DNA from: a virus
Lineage: Duplodnaviria > Caudoviricetes
Length of the DNA: 26,623 nt
Reading direction: 5' to 3' (one strand)
IMG/VR virus record: IMGVR_UViG_3300045250_000014
Span: 1 to 26,623 of that record
Positions 1 through 8,391 of the stretch are shown one piece after another. Below the pieces are notes generated by a model. It saw nothing but the letters and a program-made list of their open reading frames with translations, ran no database searches and had not been told where the DNA came from. A program made the position numbers and the translations under genes. Position 1 is the first letter of the stretch. Each line of letters begins with the position of its first letter.

Positions 1-45
1 CAACCACGGAGCCTGACACCACCCCAAACGCCACCCGAACACGAC

Positions 46-83
46 AAAACCCCCGACATCCTCAAGAGGATGCCGGGGGTTTG
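46..83 (-). terminator. Intrinsic terminator downstream of the tmRNA-like 3' fragment
   Basis: Minus strand AAACCCCCGGCATCCTC-TT-GAGGATGTCGGGGGTTTT: long inverted repeat whose single mismatch is a G-U pair on the minus strand, ending in a T run. Confidence 0.8.
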
Positions 84-87
84 ACAC

Positions 88-105
88 GTGGAGCCGGCGG
101 GAATC
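88..105 (-). other. Attachment-site core: 3' fragment of tmRNA (ssrA)-type gene
   Basis: Minus strand GATTCCCGCCGGCTCCAC = end of T loop, CCCGC T stem, CGGCTCC acceptor strand with the Ala U70 position, discriminator A; the rest of the RNA gene is absent. Confidence 0.75.
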
Positions 106-169
106 TCCCCACTCCCCCAGCAGCCCGCCGATCCGACCACTTCGGTACACGCCCGGACTCACCACGGCC

Positions 170-556
170 TCAAATCGCACCTTCAAACCGTGTGACAAGC
201 CTGTCCCGCACGACCTGCTCAGTGACCCACAATGTCTCCGCCAACTCGAACAGATCCGTGGTCCAGCACAAGGCGGACTCGAGCGCATCATCCGGGATCA
301 ATAAGCGGGCCGTCTCCGCACGCACCCTGGCCTCCACCCCTGACGGCTGCGCACCCTGATGCCCCTCACGCAGATGCACCAGCTCATGCGTCAACGTGCA
401 CCTGCGCTCTACCTGCGTCACCAGCCGGGCCCGGTTCAGGTAGATCGTCATGGACGACGGGTCGCACAGGCCCAGCACACGTCCAGGAAGATCGGCCCTC
501 CACAAAACCCTGACGCCAAGTTCACGCACCACGCGCCACGGATGAAACTTCACCAT
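170..556 (-). CDS. ImmA/IrrE family Zn metallopeptidase (anti-repressor)
   Basis: RCTLTHELVH (HExxH) followed by a conserved Glu (VEARV) and LAETLWVT; directly downstream of the repressor. Start 556 (ATG) or 562 (GTG). Confidence 0.9.
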   Translation of the reverse strand: MVKFHPWRVVRELGVRVLWRADLPGRVLGLCDPSSMTIYLNRARLVTQVERRCTLTHELVHLREGHQGAQPSGVEARVRAETARLLIPDDALESALCWTTDLFELAETLWVTEQVVRDRLVTRFEGAI

Positions 557-562
557 GCTCAC

Positions 563-584
563 ATCAGAGCATGAGACACCGACA
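563..584 (-). promoter_or_regulatory. Possible PafBC (RecA-NDp)-type DNA-damage promoter for leaderless immA
   Basis: TGTCGG-N10-TCTGAT with ATG 7 nt after the hexamer; one mismatch to TGTCGG-N10-TANNNT. Confidence 0.45.
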
Positions 585-590
585 GAATGG

Positions 591-1148
591 TCAGGCGGGC
601 TCGTCGCTCCCCGTGTCCTGAGACTCGTCCTCCGGGCTCGGAAGGGACGCGTCCCGCCGCTCAGAGTCCGTCATCCCTCCCTGCTTGTACGCCGCCAAGT
701 CCATGGACGACTGGTCGTCATGCTCGACCACAGACCCCTCCGCGGGCTCCGGGTCAGCCGCCGCGTCTGCCTCGGTGGGCGACGACTCCCATTCTTTGGC
801 CAGGTGAGCAGCTTGCATGACGAATGCGCGCAACTCCGGGGACAGGAGCTTCCCGTCATGGATGACTAGATCGTTGTCGCCGTGCGTGCCCGATGTTTGC
901 ACGTCGATCCCACGGTCCCGAGCGGCCGCAAGGACCACTTCGGAGATCGGGACCCCCATCCCCGCAGCGAGCCCTTCGATGGTCTCCTTGGTCGGGAAAG
1001 CCTTCAGCTCGCCGCGAGAAAGCATCGTATAGAGGCGCTGTGGAGGAATGCGGCCACCCGAGCGACGGGCGATGTCTGCTGGCTTAATGGCCGGCTTGAG
1101 GGATTCGATCATATGGATCAGGCCGCCTGGCCTTGCTTTGTTCGTCAT
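591..1148 (-). CDS. Immunity repressor, XRE-type HTH
   Basis: ADIARRSGG...PTKETIEGLAAGMGVPISEV; divergent from the Cro-like gene, upstream of the ImmA-like gene; acidic tail containing DLAAY. Confidence 0.85.
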   Translation of the reverse strand: MTNKARPGGLIHMIESLKPAIKPADIARRSGGRIPPQRLYTMLSRGELKAFPTKETIEGLAAGMGVPISEVVLAAARDRGIDVQTSGTHGDNDLVIHDGKLLSPELRAFVMQAAHLAKEWESSPTEADAAADPEPAEGSVVEHDDQSSMDLAAYKQGGMTDSERRDASLPSPEDESQDTGSDEPA

Positions 1149-1201
1149 GGCTGAAAGGCTCCCAGCGCGCCGCGGTTCGGCGCATTCGTCAATCTGTTCG
1201 C

Positions 1202-1398
1202 ATGTCTACCGCATTTGGAGCAGAAGACCGTGCGACCTGTCTACCAGAGAGTCTAGAAGATTCCGGGCATCCGCAGCAGTAGGCGTGAAACACGCAACCT
1301 GTCTGTCGGACATCCATGTCTATCTGGCAGTTGACACAACACCACTGGTAGACATATGCTCATGTCTACCAGGCAGTTTCGAACCAACCACCAGACAG
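1202..1398. promoter_or_regulatory. Operator cluster of the lysis/lysogeny switch, consensus (A/C)TGTCT-NNN-AGACA(G/T)
   Basis: Full or half sites at 1202, 1237, 1299, 1316, 1341, 1362, 1384; perfect 11-bp inverted repeat 1345-1355 / 1362-1372. Confidence 0.8.
1331..1360 (+). promoter_or_regulatory. Early lytic promoter (SigA type)
   Basis: TTGACA-N18-TATGCT upstream of the Cro-like gene, overlapped by operators. Confidence 0.8.
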
Positions 1399-1407
1399 GA
1401 ATCTCCA

Positions 1408-1698
1408 ATGGTCGTCAGACGAATCAAGCGCTACTGGAAGGAGGGGACCTACATGCATATGCGATCCCCCGACACATTCAAGGCGTTCATGGCTCTCCGC
1501 AACGTCACGGTCCGCGAACTCGCAGACATGGCCAAGTGCTCGCCCGCCATGATCGGCCACCTCCGTACCGGCTACAAGGTCGAACACGGACCAGACCTCG
1601 CCGAGCGAATCGCTGGGGCTCTCCGCTGCCGAGTGGAAGACCTTTACGAAATCAGCAACGACAAAGACCGGACCTACTTCGAGGACGTGGCGGCATGA
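1408..1698 (+). CDS. Cro-like XRE HTH protein
   Basis: TVRELADMAKCSPAMIGHLRTG...LAERIAGALRCRVEDLY; AGGA RBS before ATG 1408. Confidence 0.85.
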   Translation: MVVRRIKRYWKEGTYMHMRSPDTFKAFMALRNVTVRELADMAKCSPAMIGHLRTGYKVEHGPDLAERIAGALRCRVEDLYEISNDKDRTYFEDVAA

Positions 1699-1985
1699 CG
1701 ACGACACCGATGGCTTTGGAATCTGACCCGGTCGCGTGGCGTGATTCCGTCCTCGACCTGATCGACGCGAAGTGCCGGCGGGGTGAGCGGTTCACGTCCG
1801 ATGACCTGCACGAGGTGGGCGAGCCTCCGAAGGACTGCATGTGGGGAGCAGTCATCCGCACTGCGGTCGGACGCCGGATGATCCAGCGCGTCTCCTACCG
1901 CACCACGGGTAGGCGCCAGGGTCGAGGCCACGCGGTCGGCTACTGGGAACCCGACCCCGCCACGTACCGCCCGGCGGTGGCCTGA
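1695..1985 (+). CDS. Hypothetical phage protein
   Basis: ATGA overlap with the Cro-like stop; MTTTPMALESD... Confidence 0.75.
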   Translation: MTTTPMALESDPVAWRDSVLDLIDAKCRRGERFTSDDLHEVGEPPKDCMWGAVIRTAVGRRMIQRVSYRTTGRRQGRGHAVGYWEPDPATYRPAVA

Positions 1986-2188
1986 TGCCGCGCCGACCAC
2001 CACCGGTCACGGAACGCCAGTACACGATCCCGGAAGCCGCGGACCTCCTGCAGGTCTCGGAATCAACGGTCCGCCGCATGATCTCCCGCCGCGAACTCCG
2101 CGCCTACAGGATTGGCCGCCACATCCGCATCGACCCCGCCGACCTCGGCAAAGCACGAACCCCCGTCACCGCGGCACCCGCCGCATAA
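1985..2188 (+). CDS. Excisionase-like MerR/HTH_17 DNA-binding protein
   Basis: YTIPEAADLLQVSESTVRRMISRRELRAYRIGRHIRI. Confidence 0.85.
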   Translation: MPRRPPPVTERQYTIPEAADLLQVSESTVRRMISRRELRAYRIGRHIRIDPADLGKARTPVTAAPAA

Positions 2189-2205
2189 CCCAAGAAGGAA
2201 CCACC

Positions 2206-2328
2206 ATGAGCAAGACACCCCGGCACCTTGGCCCCCGCGATCCGAAGCGCGAAAACTACGACCGCGTCTGGTCTCGCATCCTCGGCCGCCCCGTCCTCAG
2301 CAACAGCGGACGGCGGGCCGCAGCATGA
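2206..2328 (+). CDS. Small hypothetical protein, 40 aa (not in the ORF track)
   Basis: GAAGGAACCACC-ATG; MSKTPRHLGPRD...GRRAAA; stop overlaps the next ATG. Confidence 0.7.
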   Translation: MSKTPRHLGPRDPKRENYDRVWSRILGRPVLSNSGRRAAA

Positions 2329-3173
2329 GCACCGCGACGATGGATGCCCGCGCCGATCTCGGGCCCGGCGTGTACGACGGGATCCCGAACGACGTCTACC
2401 ACGGCGTCCTCGAGGCCGTCGGGTCCACCACGCTGAAGGGCCTCCTCGACCCGAACATGGCTGGCCTGTACGACGCCCGTGGCCGCGTGGACCTCGGCCA
2501 CAAGACCGCCTTCGACGTCGGCACCGCCGCCCACTCCCTCATCCTCGAGAGCGACACGGACGGCGTGACGGTCCTCCCCTACAAGGATTGGCGCACCAAG
2601 GCCGCACAGGCTGATCGGGACGCAGCCCGGGAGGCCGGCCTGATCCCCATGCTGGCCCATGAGTGGGCGCCGGTCCCAGCGATGCGTGACGCGGTCCTCG
2701 CGCACCCGGTCGCGAAGACCCTTGTGACCGGGCACGTGGCCGAGCAGACGATCATCACCCGCGACGAGCAGACCGGCGTCCTGGTGAAGGTTCGCCCCGA
2801 CGCACGCACCGCAGTGATCGCGGACCTCAAGACCGTGGCCGACGCGAACCCCCGCACCATCGAACGCAAGGTCATCCCCGAACGCGGCTATCACCAGTCC
2901 GGCGCCTTGTACGTCGACACGGTCAACGCCGAGTTGGGAGAAGAACTCCCCTTCGTCCTGATCTGCGTCGAGAAGACCGCCCCGTACCGGGTCTCCGTCG
3001 TCGAGATCGGCGACGACTACCTGGCAGACGGCAGGGCCAGGAATCGGCGGGCACTCGACCTCTACGCCCACGGCATCCAGACCGGCGAATGGCCGACTTG
3101 GCCCGACACCTACACAGCCGAACCACCCCTCTGGCTGACCACCCAAACCGAAGAACTCACCGAAGGAGCCTGA
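2325..3173 (+). CDS. RecE/exonuclease VIII-like PD-(D/E)xK nuclease
   Basis: GTAAHSLILE, KVRPD, IADLKT, GYHQSGALY, VEKTAPY motifs; precedes a RecT-like gene. Confidence 0.88.
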   Translation: MSTATMDARADLGPGVYDGIPNDVYHGVLEAVGSTTLKGLLDPNMAGLYDARGRVDLGHKTAFDVGTAAHSLILESDTDGVTVLPYKDWRTKAAQADRDAAREAGLIPMLAHEWAPVPAMRDAVLAHPVAKTLVTGHVAEQTIITRDEQTGVLVKVRPDARTAVIADLKTVADANPRTIERKVIPERGYHQSGALYVDTVNAELGEELPFVLICVEKTAPYRVSVVEIGDDYLADGRARNRRALDLYAHGIQTGEWPTWPDTYTAEPPLWLTTQTEELTEGA

Positions 3174-3174
3174 C

Positions 3175-4008
3175 ATGACCATCCAACCCACCAACAACGA
3201 CCTGGCGACCATCGAGCACACGGCCACCCCCGCCAAGGTGCAGACCACCGCCGACACCATCGACCTCGTCGCCTGGGCGCAGGAACTCTCCGCAGCCCAC
3301 GAGATCGCCACCGCACTGGCCCGCACCTCCGTCGTCCCGGCCACGTTCCGCGGCAAGCCCGACGAGTGCGCCGCCGTGATCCTCGCAGGCAAGGCCCTCG
3401 GCCTCGACCCGCTCACCAGCCTGCAGAACATCTTCGAGGTCCACGGGCGCCCAGCCATGTATTCGCGCACCATGGTGAGCCTGGTCCTTGGTGCCGGCCA
3501 CGAGGTCCGCCGCACCGCAGCCACCAACGACTCAGTCACCGTGGCTGCGCGCCGCAAGGGTGACGACGACTGGCAGGAGTTCACCTGGACGATCCAGCGT
3601 GCCGAGCAGGCCGGATATTTGAAGAACGCCAAGTACAAGTCCGACCCCATCGCGATGCTTACCGCGAAGGCGCAGGCCGAAGCATGCCGCACAGTGGCCC
3701 CCGACGTGTTGACCGGCGTCGCCGCATGGTCCCGCGAGGAGATCGAACTCGAGGACATGGGTGAGCGCCCATCCCCGCCGAAGACCACCCCGTCCCCGGC
3801 GCTGGCCGCGCAGGTCGCCGCCGCGCAGGACGTCGACACGGCCACCGGTGAAGTCGCCGACCGCGACTGGTACGCCGAGATGGAACCCATCATCGAAGAC
3901 GCCGGAGCGCTCAGGAACCTATACAGCGAAGCAGCCAAGCACGGCGCCGACCAGGACGTCCTCGCGTCCATCGCCGCCGCAGGCACCGAAGCAGCGAAGG
4001 CGGCCTGA
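3175..4008 (+). CDS. RecT-like single-strand annealing protein
   Basis: VPATFRGKPDECAAVILAGKALGLDPLTSLQNIFEVHGRP; lies between exonuclease and SSB. Confidence 0.8.
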   Translation: MTIQPTNNDLATIEHTATPAKVQTTADTIDLVAWAQELSAAHEIATALARTSVVPATFRGKPDECAAVILAGKALGLDPLTSLQNIFEVHGRPAMYSRTMVSLVLGAGHEVRRTAATNDSVTVAARRKGDDDWQEFTWTIQRAEQAGYLKNAKYKSDPIAMLTAKAQAEACRTVAPDVLTGVAAWSREEIELEDMGERPSPPKTTPSPALAAQVAAAQDVDTATGEVADRDWYAEMEPIIEDAGALRNLYSEAAKHGADQDVLASIAAAGTEAAKAA

Positions 4009-4011
4009 TCC

Positions 4012-4509
4012 ATGACCCTCCCTACGATCACCGGTTACGCATTCGTCCCGTCGATGCCGCAGGACGCGGTCCGCTTCGGCCAGGACGGTGCCGCATACGG
4101 GTCCGTGCGCGGCAAGTTCGCGGCCCGTTTCAAGGACGAGTCCGGGAACTGGCAGGACCGCGACGAGACGTGGGTGGACCTGCAGCTTGGCGGCCCGATC
4201 CAGCGGTTCGCCAATGAGTTCCAGCCCAACGCGACCGTGTACGTCTCCGGCGAGTTCTACGTCCGTGAGTACCAGACCCGCGACGGCGGCAAGGGTATCG
4301 CCCCGGCAATCCGGGTCCGCGCCTTCGAGATCCAGCCTCGCCGCGACAAGGGCCAGTCCCAGCCAGCGAATGGGAACGCGGGCACGTGGACACCGGGCCA
4401 GCCTGGCGGCTTCGGCGGCCAGACCCAGCAGCAGCCCGACCCGTGGGCCCAGCAGCCCGCAGCACCTGGCGGGTGGGGCGACGCGGCCCAGTCCTCCCCG
4501 CCGTTCTGA
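4012..4509 (+). CDS. ssb: Single-stranded DNA-binding protein
   Basis: OB-fold pattern (VYVSGEFYVREYQTRDG), G/Q-rich tail with DPW and terminal PPF. Confidence 0.88.
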   Translation: MTLPTITGYAFVPSMPQDAVRFGQDGAAYGSVRGKFAARFKDESGNWQDRDETWVDLQLGGPIQRFANEFQPNATVYVSGEFYVREYQTRDGGKGIAPAIRVRAFEIQPRRDKGQSQPANGNAGTWTPGQPGGFGGQTQQQPDPWAQQPAAPGGWGDAAQSSPPF

Positions 4510-4515
4510 TCGGTA

Positions 4516-4576
4516 GGGCGCGCCTGGTGGCCGCCTCCCCCTGGGAGGTGCAGCGGTTCGATCCCGCCAGCGCCCA
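4516..4576 (+). ncRNA. Miniature tRNA-like structure lacking a D arm
   Basis: GGGCGC/GCGCCC-A acceptor, GCGG-TTCGATC-CCGC T arm, 8-bp central hairpin 4532-4550. Confidence 0.5.
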
Positions 4577-4578
4577 CT

Positions 4579-4620
4579 CAAAGCCAAATCAAAGCCAAAT
4601 CGGACCCGGATTTGGTTTTG
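4579..4620. repeat. Tandem 11-bp repeat plus an inverted copy
   Basis: CAAAGCCAAAT at 4579 and 4590; GATTTGGTTTTG at 4609-4620. Confidence 0.8.
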
Positions 4621-4643
4621 TACTCACTCGGAAGGAACCACCC

Positions 4644-5009
4644 ATGACGTACGCGTACGGCGCTGTTGCCGGCACCGACAAGGCGACCATCATCAAACTG
4701 CGGCAGCGCATCGCCTACCTCGAGACCGCGCTCACCGAAGCCCTGACCTGCACCACGTCCGGCCTCACCCACCCGAAACCGTCCCCCACCCGGTACCCGC
4801 GACGCCGAGAAGTGCCCCTCTGGAACCGCATCGATTGGACCAGCGCGGAGGCCCAAAAGTCCATCCACGACGCATGGCTGGCAGTCCACCACGCCAACCG
4901 TGAACCCCGTGGTACCGGCGTCGCCAGACTCGCCACCCTCGGCCACGAAACCGAAGCGCACACCCTCGAAACCCGCCTCCGCAACCACACCAACAGGAGC
5001 GCAGCCTGA
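4644..5009 (+). CDS. Hypothetical phage protein
   Basis: GAAGGAACCACCC-ATG; coupled to the next gene. Confidence 0.75.
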   Translation: MTYAYGAVAGTDKATIIKLRQRIAYLETALTEALTCTTSGLTHPKPSPTRYPRRREVPLWNRIDWTSAEAQKSIHDAWLAVHHANREPRGTGVARLATLGHETEAHTLETRLRNHTNRSAA

Positions 5010-5956
5010 TGCCCGCCAACATCAAACCCACTGACGGGGTCCGCCGCGACTGCCACCACCCCATCGCCAACCACGTCCACGGCACCCACCTCGCCTACTC
5101 CCTCGACAAATGCCGGTGTAACCCATGCCGCGAAGCACACCGCATCATGCACCGCCACCAAGAGCGCCAACGCCTCTACGGGCGCATCGACTACGTCGAC
5201 CCCACCCCGGCCCGCGAACACGTCCTCGCGCTTCAAGCCGCCGGCGTCGGCCTCAAATCCCAGCATCTCGCCACCGGCGTCAGCCTCTCCGCCTACGGGA
5301 AACTCATCTACGGGTACAAGAAGAACGGGACACCACCGTCGAAGCGGATCCGCAGCGCTACCCGCGACCGCATCATGGGGCTGCGGATCACCGACTACGA
5401 CCGCCTCCCCGACCGCGCCACCGTCCCCGCCGACGGAACCAGGCGCCGCGTCCAAGCGCTCAACTACAACGGGTGGCCGACCTCCTGGGTCGCCAACCAG
5501 ATCGGCATGATCGACACCAACCTCGGCACCGCGCTCAAGAAAACCCACCTGTCCGCGAAGACCGCCCGCCTCATCAAACACCTCTACGACGACTACTGGT
5601 CCACCCCGGCACCCGAAGGCGTCGACCACTACACGAAGTCCGCCCGCGCCAAAACCATCGCCCTCGCCAAGAGGCGCGGCTACGCCCCACCCCTGGCCTG
5701 GGACGACATCGACAACCCCGACGAACAACCGCAGCTCGGCGGCAAGCCGAAGCGCGACCAGGTCCTACCCGGCGAAGTCGAATGGCTCCTCGACTCCGGC
5801 GTCCCCGGCGACCAAATCCACACCAGGGTCGGCTACTCCGCCACCTACCACCTCAAACGCAAACTCGCCACACTCGGACGCCACGACCTCTCCCACCGCC
5901 TCACCAACGAATACGTGGCAGAACACCTCAACCGGAGCAGGAAGAACGCAGCATGA
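5009..5956 (+). CDS. Probable DNA-binding protein with N-terminal CRCxxC motif
   Basis: HGTHLAY..KCRCNPCR, GTRRRVQAL..GW and PPLAWDD motifs typical of actinophage early proteins. Confidence 0.7.
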   Translation: MPANIKPTDGVRRDCHHPIANHVHGTHLAYSLDKCRCNPCREAHRIMHRHQERQRLYGRIDYVDPTPAREHVLALQAAGVGLKSQHLATGVSLSAYGKLIYGYKKNGTPPSKRIRSATRDRIMGLRITDYDRLPDRATVPADGTRRRVQALNYNGWPTSWVANQIGMIDTNLGTALKKTHLSAKTARLIKHLYDDYWSTPAPEGVDHYTKSARAKTIALAKRRGYAPPLAWDDIDNPDEQPQLGGKPKRDQVLPGEVEWLLDSGVPGDQIHTRVGYSATYHLKRKLATLGRHDLSHRLTNEYVAEHLNRSRKNAA

Positions 5957-6399
5957 CCCGCTACTACGTCCGCCCACCGGAGCAGGTCGCCTGCGGGATC
6001 TCCTACTGCGGACCCAACGCTGCCGGTACCAACCGCCTGGACACCGAGTTCGAGCACGAACTCTTCCACGCAAACTTCTCCGGCTACGCAGCCCTCGACG
6101 GACCAATCACGATCCACGACCATGACCGCTACTACCACCACGGGGACCAGATCACCTTCCCCGACGGAACCCACGGCGTCGAACCCGACCGCGACCACTG
6201 GGAAGAACACCTCGACCAAGGCCACCCCATCAGCGGCGACTACACCACCGCATACTGGCGCTGGCGTCGCAACCCCAGCCGAGGCGTCAACTCCCTCCGC
6301 CAAGTCTGGGCCTCCATCGGCCTCGGCCCCGACGGGGCGCCGGCCAAACCAGCTGAACCGGTCCAGACGGACATCTTCGACTTCCTGGACGCCCCATGA
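5953..6399 (+). CDS. Hypothetical phage protein
   Basis: ATGA overlaps at both ends; MTRYYVRPP... Confidence 0.75.
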   Translation: MTRYYVRPPEQVACGISYCGPNAAGTNRLDTEFEHELFHANFSGYAALDGPITIHDHDRYYHHGDQITFPDGTHGVEPDRDHWEEHLDQGHPISGDYTTAYWRWRRNPSRGVNSLRQVWASIGLGPDGAPAKPAEPVQTDIFDFLDAP

Positions 6400-6626
6400 G
6401 CCGCCACCGTGACCCGTCTGCGTCGATCACGTGCCGGAACATCGTCTCCTCTGCACCTGACTGCACGGTCTGCCACAAGGCCGCCTACCCCACCAAGCAG
6501 GCTGCAAGGGACGCGTACAACTACATCCACGACCCGGACGCCCCGCACCGCTTCTACGAGTGCCCCAGTGGCGCGTGGCATTGGACGTCCCAGATCACCC
6601 GCCCCAAGACAGGAACCATCAAATGA
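6396..6626 (+). CDS. Small Cys/His (Zn-binding) protein
   Basis: CTVCHKAAY...FYECPSGAWHWTS. Confidence 0.75.
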   Translation: MSRHRDPSASITCRNIVSSAPDCTVCHKAAYPTKQAARDAYNYIHDPDAPHRFYECPSGAWHWTSQITRPKTGTIK

Positions 6627-7123
6627 GCCGCAAGTTCTCCCGCATCATCCGCTCCATCTGGAAGGACAACGACTTCCGGGGCCTCACCCCCGAAGCGCAG
6701 CACCTCTACTTCGTGCTCATCTCCGACCCGAAGCTCACCTACGCTGGCGTCACCGACTGGCGGCCAGAGAAGATCAGTGGTCGCGCCAACGGGTGGACCG
6801 CCGACCAAGTCGCACAGGCTGGGCACGAACTCGCCAACGCACTCTTCATCGTCATCGACGACGACACCGAGGAAGTCTTGATCAGGACGTTCCACCGCAA
6901 CGACGAATGCCTGTCCGTCCCCAACATGTCCCGCGCCGTCATCGACGCCTACGAGACCGTCGAGTCACCCACCATCAGCGGAGTCATCATCCACGAACTC
7001 ACCCGCCTCCACGAGCAGCAACCCAGCCTCCCCGGCTGGAACAACATCGGCACCTTCCTCAACGACTACCAAGCCATCGACCCCGGCACGCTCACACCCG
7101 AACCAGCTGGCGCACCCTTCTGA
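6623..7123 (+). CDS. Replication initiator-like protein, short form
   Basis: SIWKDNDFRGLTPEAQHLYFVL...YAGVTDWRP resembles the N-terminal domain of actinophage replication initiators; AGGAACC RBS. Confidence 0.7.
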   Translation: MSRKFSRIIRSIWKDNDFRGLTPEAQHLYFVLISDPKLTYAGVTDWRPEKISGRANGWTADQVAQAGHELANALFIVIDDDTEEVLIRTFHRNDECLSVPNMSRAVIDAYETVESPTISGVIIHELTRLHEQQPSLPGWNNIGTFLNDYQAIDPGTLTPEPAGAPF

Positions 7124-7139
7124 ACCTTCGAGAACGCGA

Positions 7140-7175
7140 AAGCCCCGTCACCATGAGGTGGCGGGGCTTCTTCAT
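7140..7175 (+). terminator. Intrinsic terminator
   Basis: AAGCCCCGTCACC-ATGA-GGTGGCGGGGCTT-CTTCAT. Confidence 0.75.
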
Positions 7176-7329
7176 CTGGTCCGAACCGTGTAGCCTACGC
7201 ATAGAGGTTGCTACGCATGCCGCGCACGGATCGAGAATCCGAGTGCAGCGAGTTGCAACTTCACTGTAATTCCAGGGCACGCGGGGACCGCGCAAGCCCT
7301 ACGTCATCACTCGACCAGAAGGGCATCAC

Positions 7330-8337
7330 ATGGCTACGCATAGCGACGAATCGCCAAGTAAAGCAGTATCCGGCGCCAAGGGAGGAACCCACCGAGCGCA
7401 ACTCATGACCCCCGAAGAGCGCAGCGAATCGGCACGCAAGGCTGCCGAGGTCCGCTGGGGGAAGAAGACCCCCATCTCCGAGTACGCAGGAGACCTCACC
7501 ATCGGAGACATGACTCTCGACTGCGCCGTCCTCCCCGATGGCCGGCGCATCATCACACAGAAGTCGATCATGACCGCACTCGGACGATCCGAGAGTCAAG
7601 GCCGACGCGTCCGCAACGACAACCGGCCACCGTTCCTCGAAGCCAACAATCTCACCCCGTACATCAGCCCCGAACTCAAGGAGATGATGAACAAGGTCGA
7701 GTACCGCATCAAGGGCGAGAAGACCGTCCGGACCGGATACCCGGCCGAGATCATCCCCGAGGTCTGCGAGGTATACCTTGATGCCCGCCTAGACGATGCC
7801 CTGATCCACAACCAGAAGCCTGCGGCGGAAGCTGCCGAGATCCTGGTGCGCGGCCTCGCCCGAGTCGGGATCACCGCGCTCATTGATGAAGCCACCGGCT
7901 ACCAGGAGAAGCGCGCAGAGGACGAACTGCGCCGTCTGCTCGAGCAGTACGTCTCCGAAGAACACCGCCCCTGGATGAAGCGCTTCCCCCAGAAGTTCTT
8001 CAAGGAGGTCTACAAGATCCACGGATGGAAGTTCCTCCCCAACCAGCACCAACACCCCGGCTACGTCGGCAAGTTCATCAACCGCACCGTCTATGAGCAG
8101 ATGCCCGAAGGGATCCTGGACGGGCTCCGCGAAGTCAATCCTTCCAACGCCTCCGGCAACCGCTCGCGTCGCCACCACCAGCACATCCGTGACGGGCAAC
8201 CATCTGAGCACCTGGACGACCAGATCAAGACGATCATCGTCCTGATGGAACTCTCCGACAACAAGGAGGAGTTCTGGCGGTTGTTCCAGAAGAAGTACAA
8301 GGGGCAGCCGGAGCTCGACCTTCAGTTCGACGACTGA
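7330..8337 (+). CDS. P63C-domain protein (antirepressor-like)
   Basis: AKGG..RA..MTPEERSESARKAAEVRW, CAVLPDGRR, GITALIDEATGYQ, PWMKRFP, HHQ motifs. Confidence 0.88.
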   Translation: MATHSDESPSKAVSGAKGGTHRAQLMTPEERSESARKAAEVRWGKKTPISEYAGDLTIGDMTLDCAVLPDGRRIITQKSIMTALGRSESQGRRVRNDNRPPFLEANNLTPYISPELKEMMNKVEYRIKGEKTVRTGYPAEIIPEVCEVYLDARLDDALIHNQKPAAEAAEILVRGLARVGITALIDEATGYQEKRAEDELRRLLEQYVSEEHRPWMKRFPQKFFKEVYKIHGWKFLPNQHQHPGYVGKFINRTVYEQMPEGILDGLREVNPSNASGNRSRRHHQHIRDGQPSEHLDDQIKTIIVLMELSDNKEEFWRLFQKKYKGQPELDLQFDD

Positions 8338-8346
8338 CCAACGGGC

Positions 8347-8381
8347 AGCCCCATCACGTCATCGTGGTGGGGCTTTTCCAT
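8347..8381 (+). terminator. Intrinsic terminator
   Basis: AGCCCCATCACG-TCAT-CGTGGTGGGGCT-TTTCCAT. Confidence 0.75.
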
Positions 8382-8391
8382 GCCCAAATCA

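Noticed and set aside
88-1148. Integration-dependent immunity (attP inside the repressor gene)
   Set aside because: The core is outside both the repressor and immA reading frames
2256-4031. 591-aa minus-strand ORF
   Set aside because: Antisense shadow of the RecE/RecT-like genes; long stop-free frames are expected at high GC
4533-4549. Functional tRNA-Arg(CCT)
   Set aside because: No U33, no D arm, and the loop closes further to 3 nt
7202-7210. 9-nt complementarity of late hairpin 4 loop (CAACCTCTA) to the region upstream of the P63C gene
   Set aside because: Too short to exceed chance and about 120 nt from the start codon
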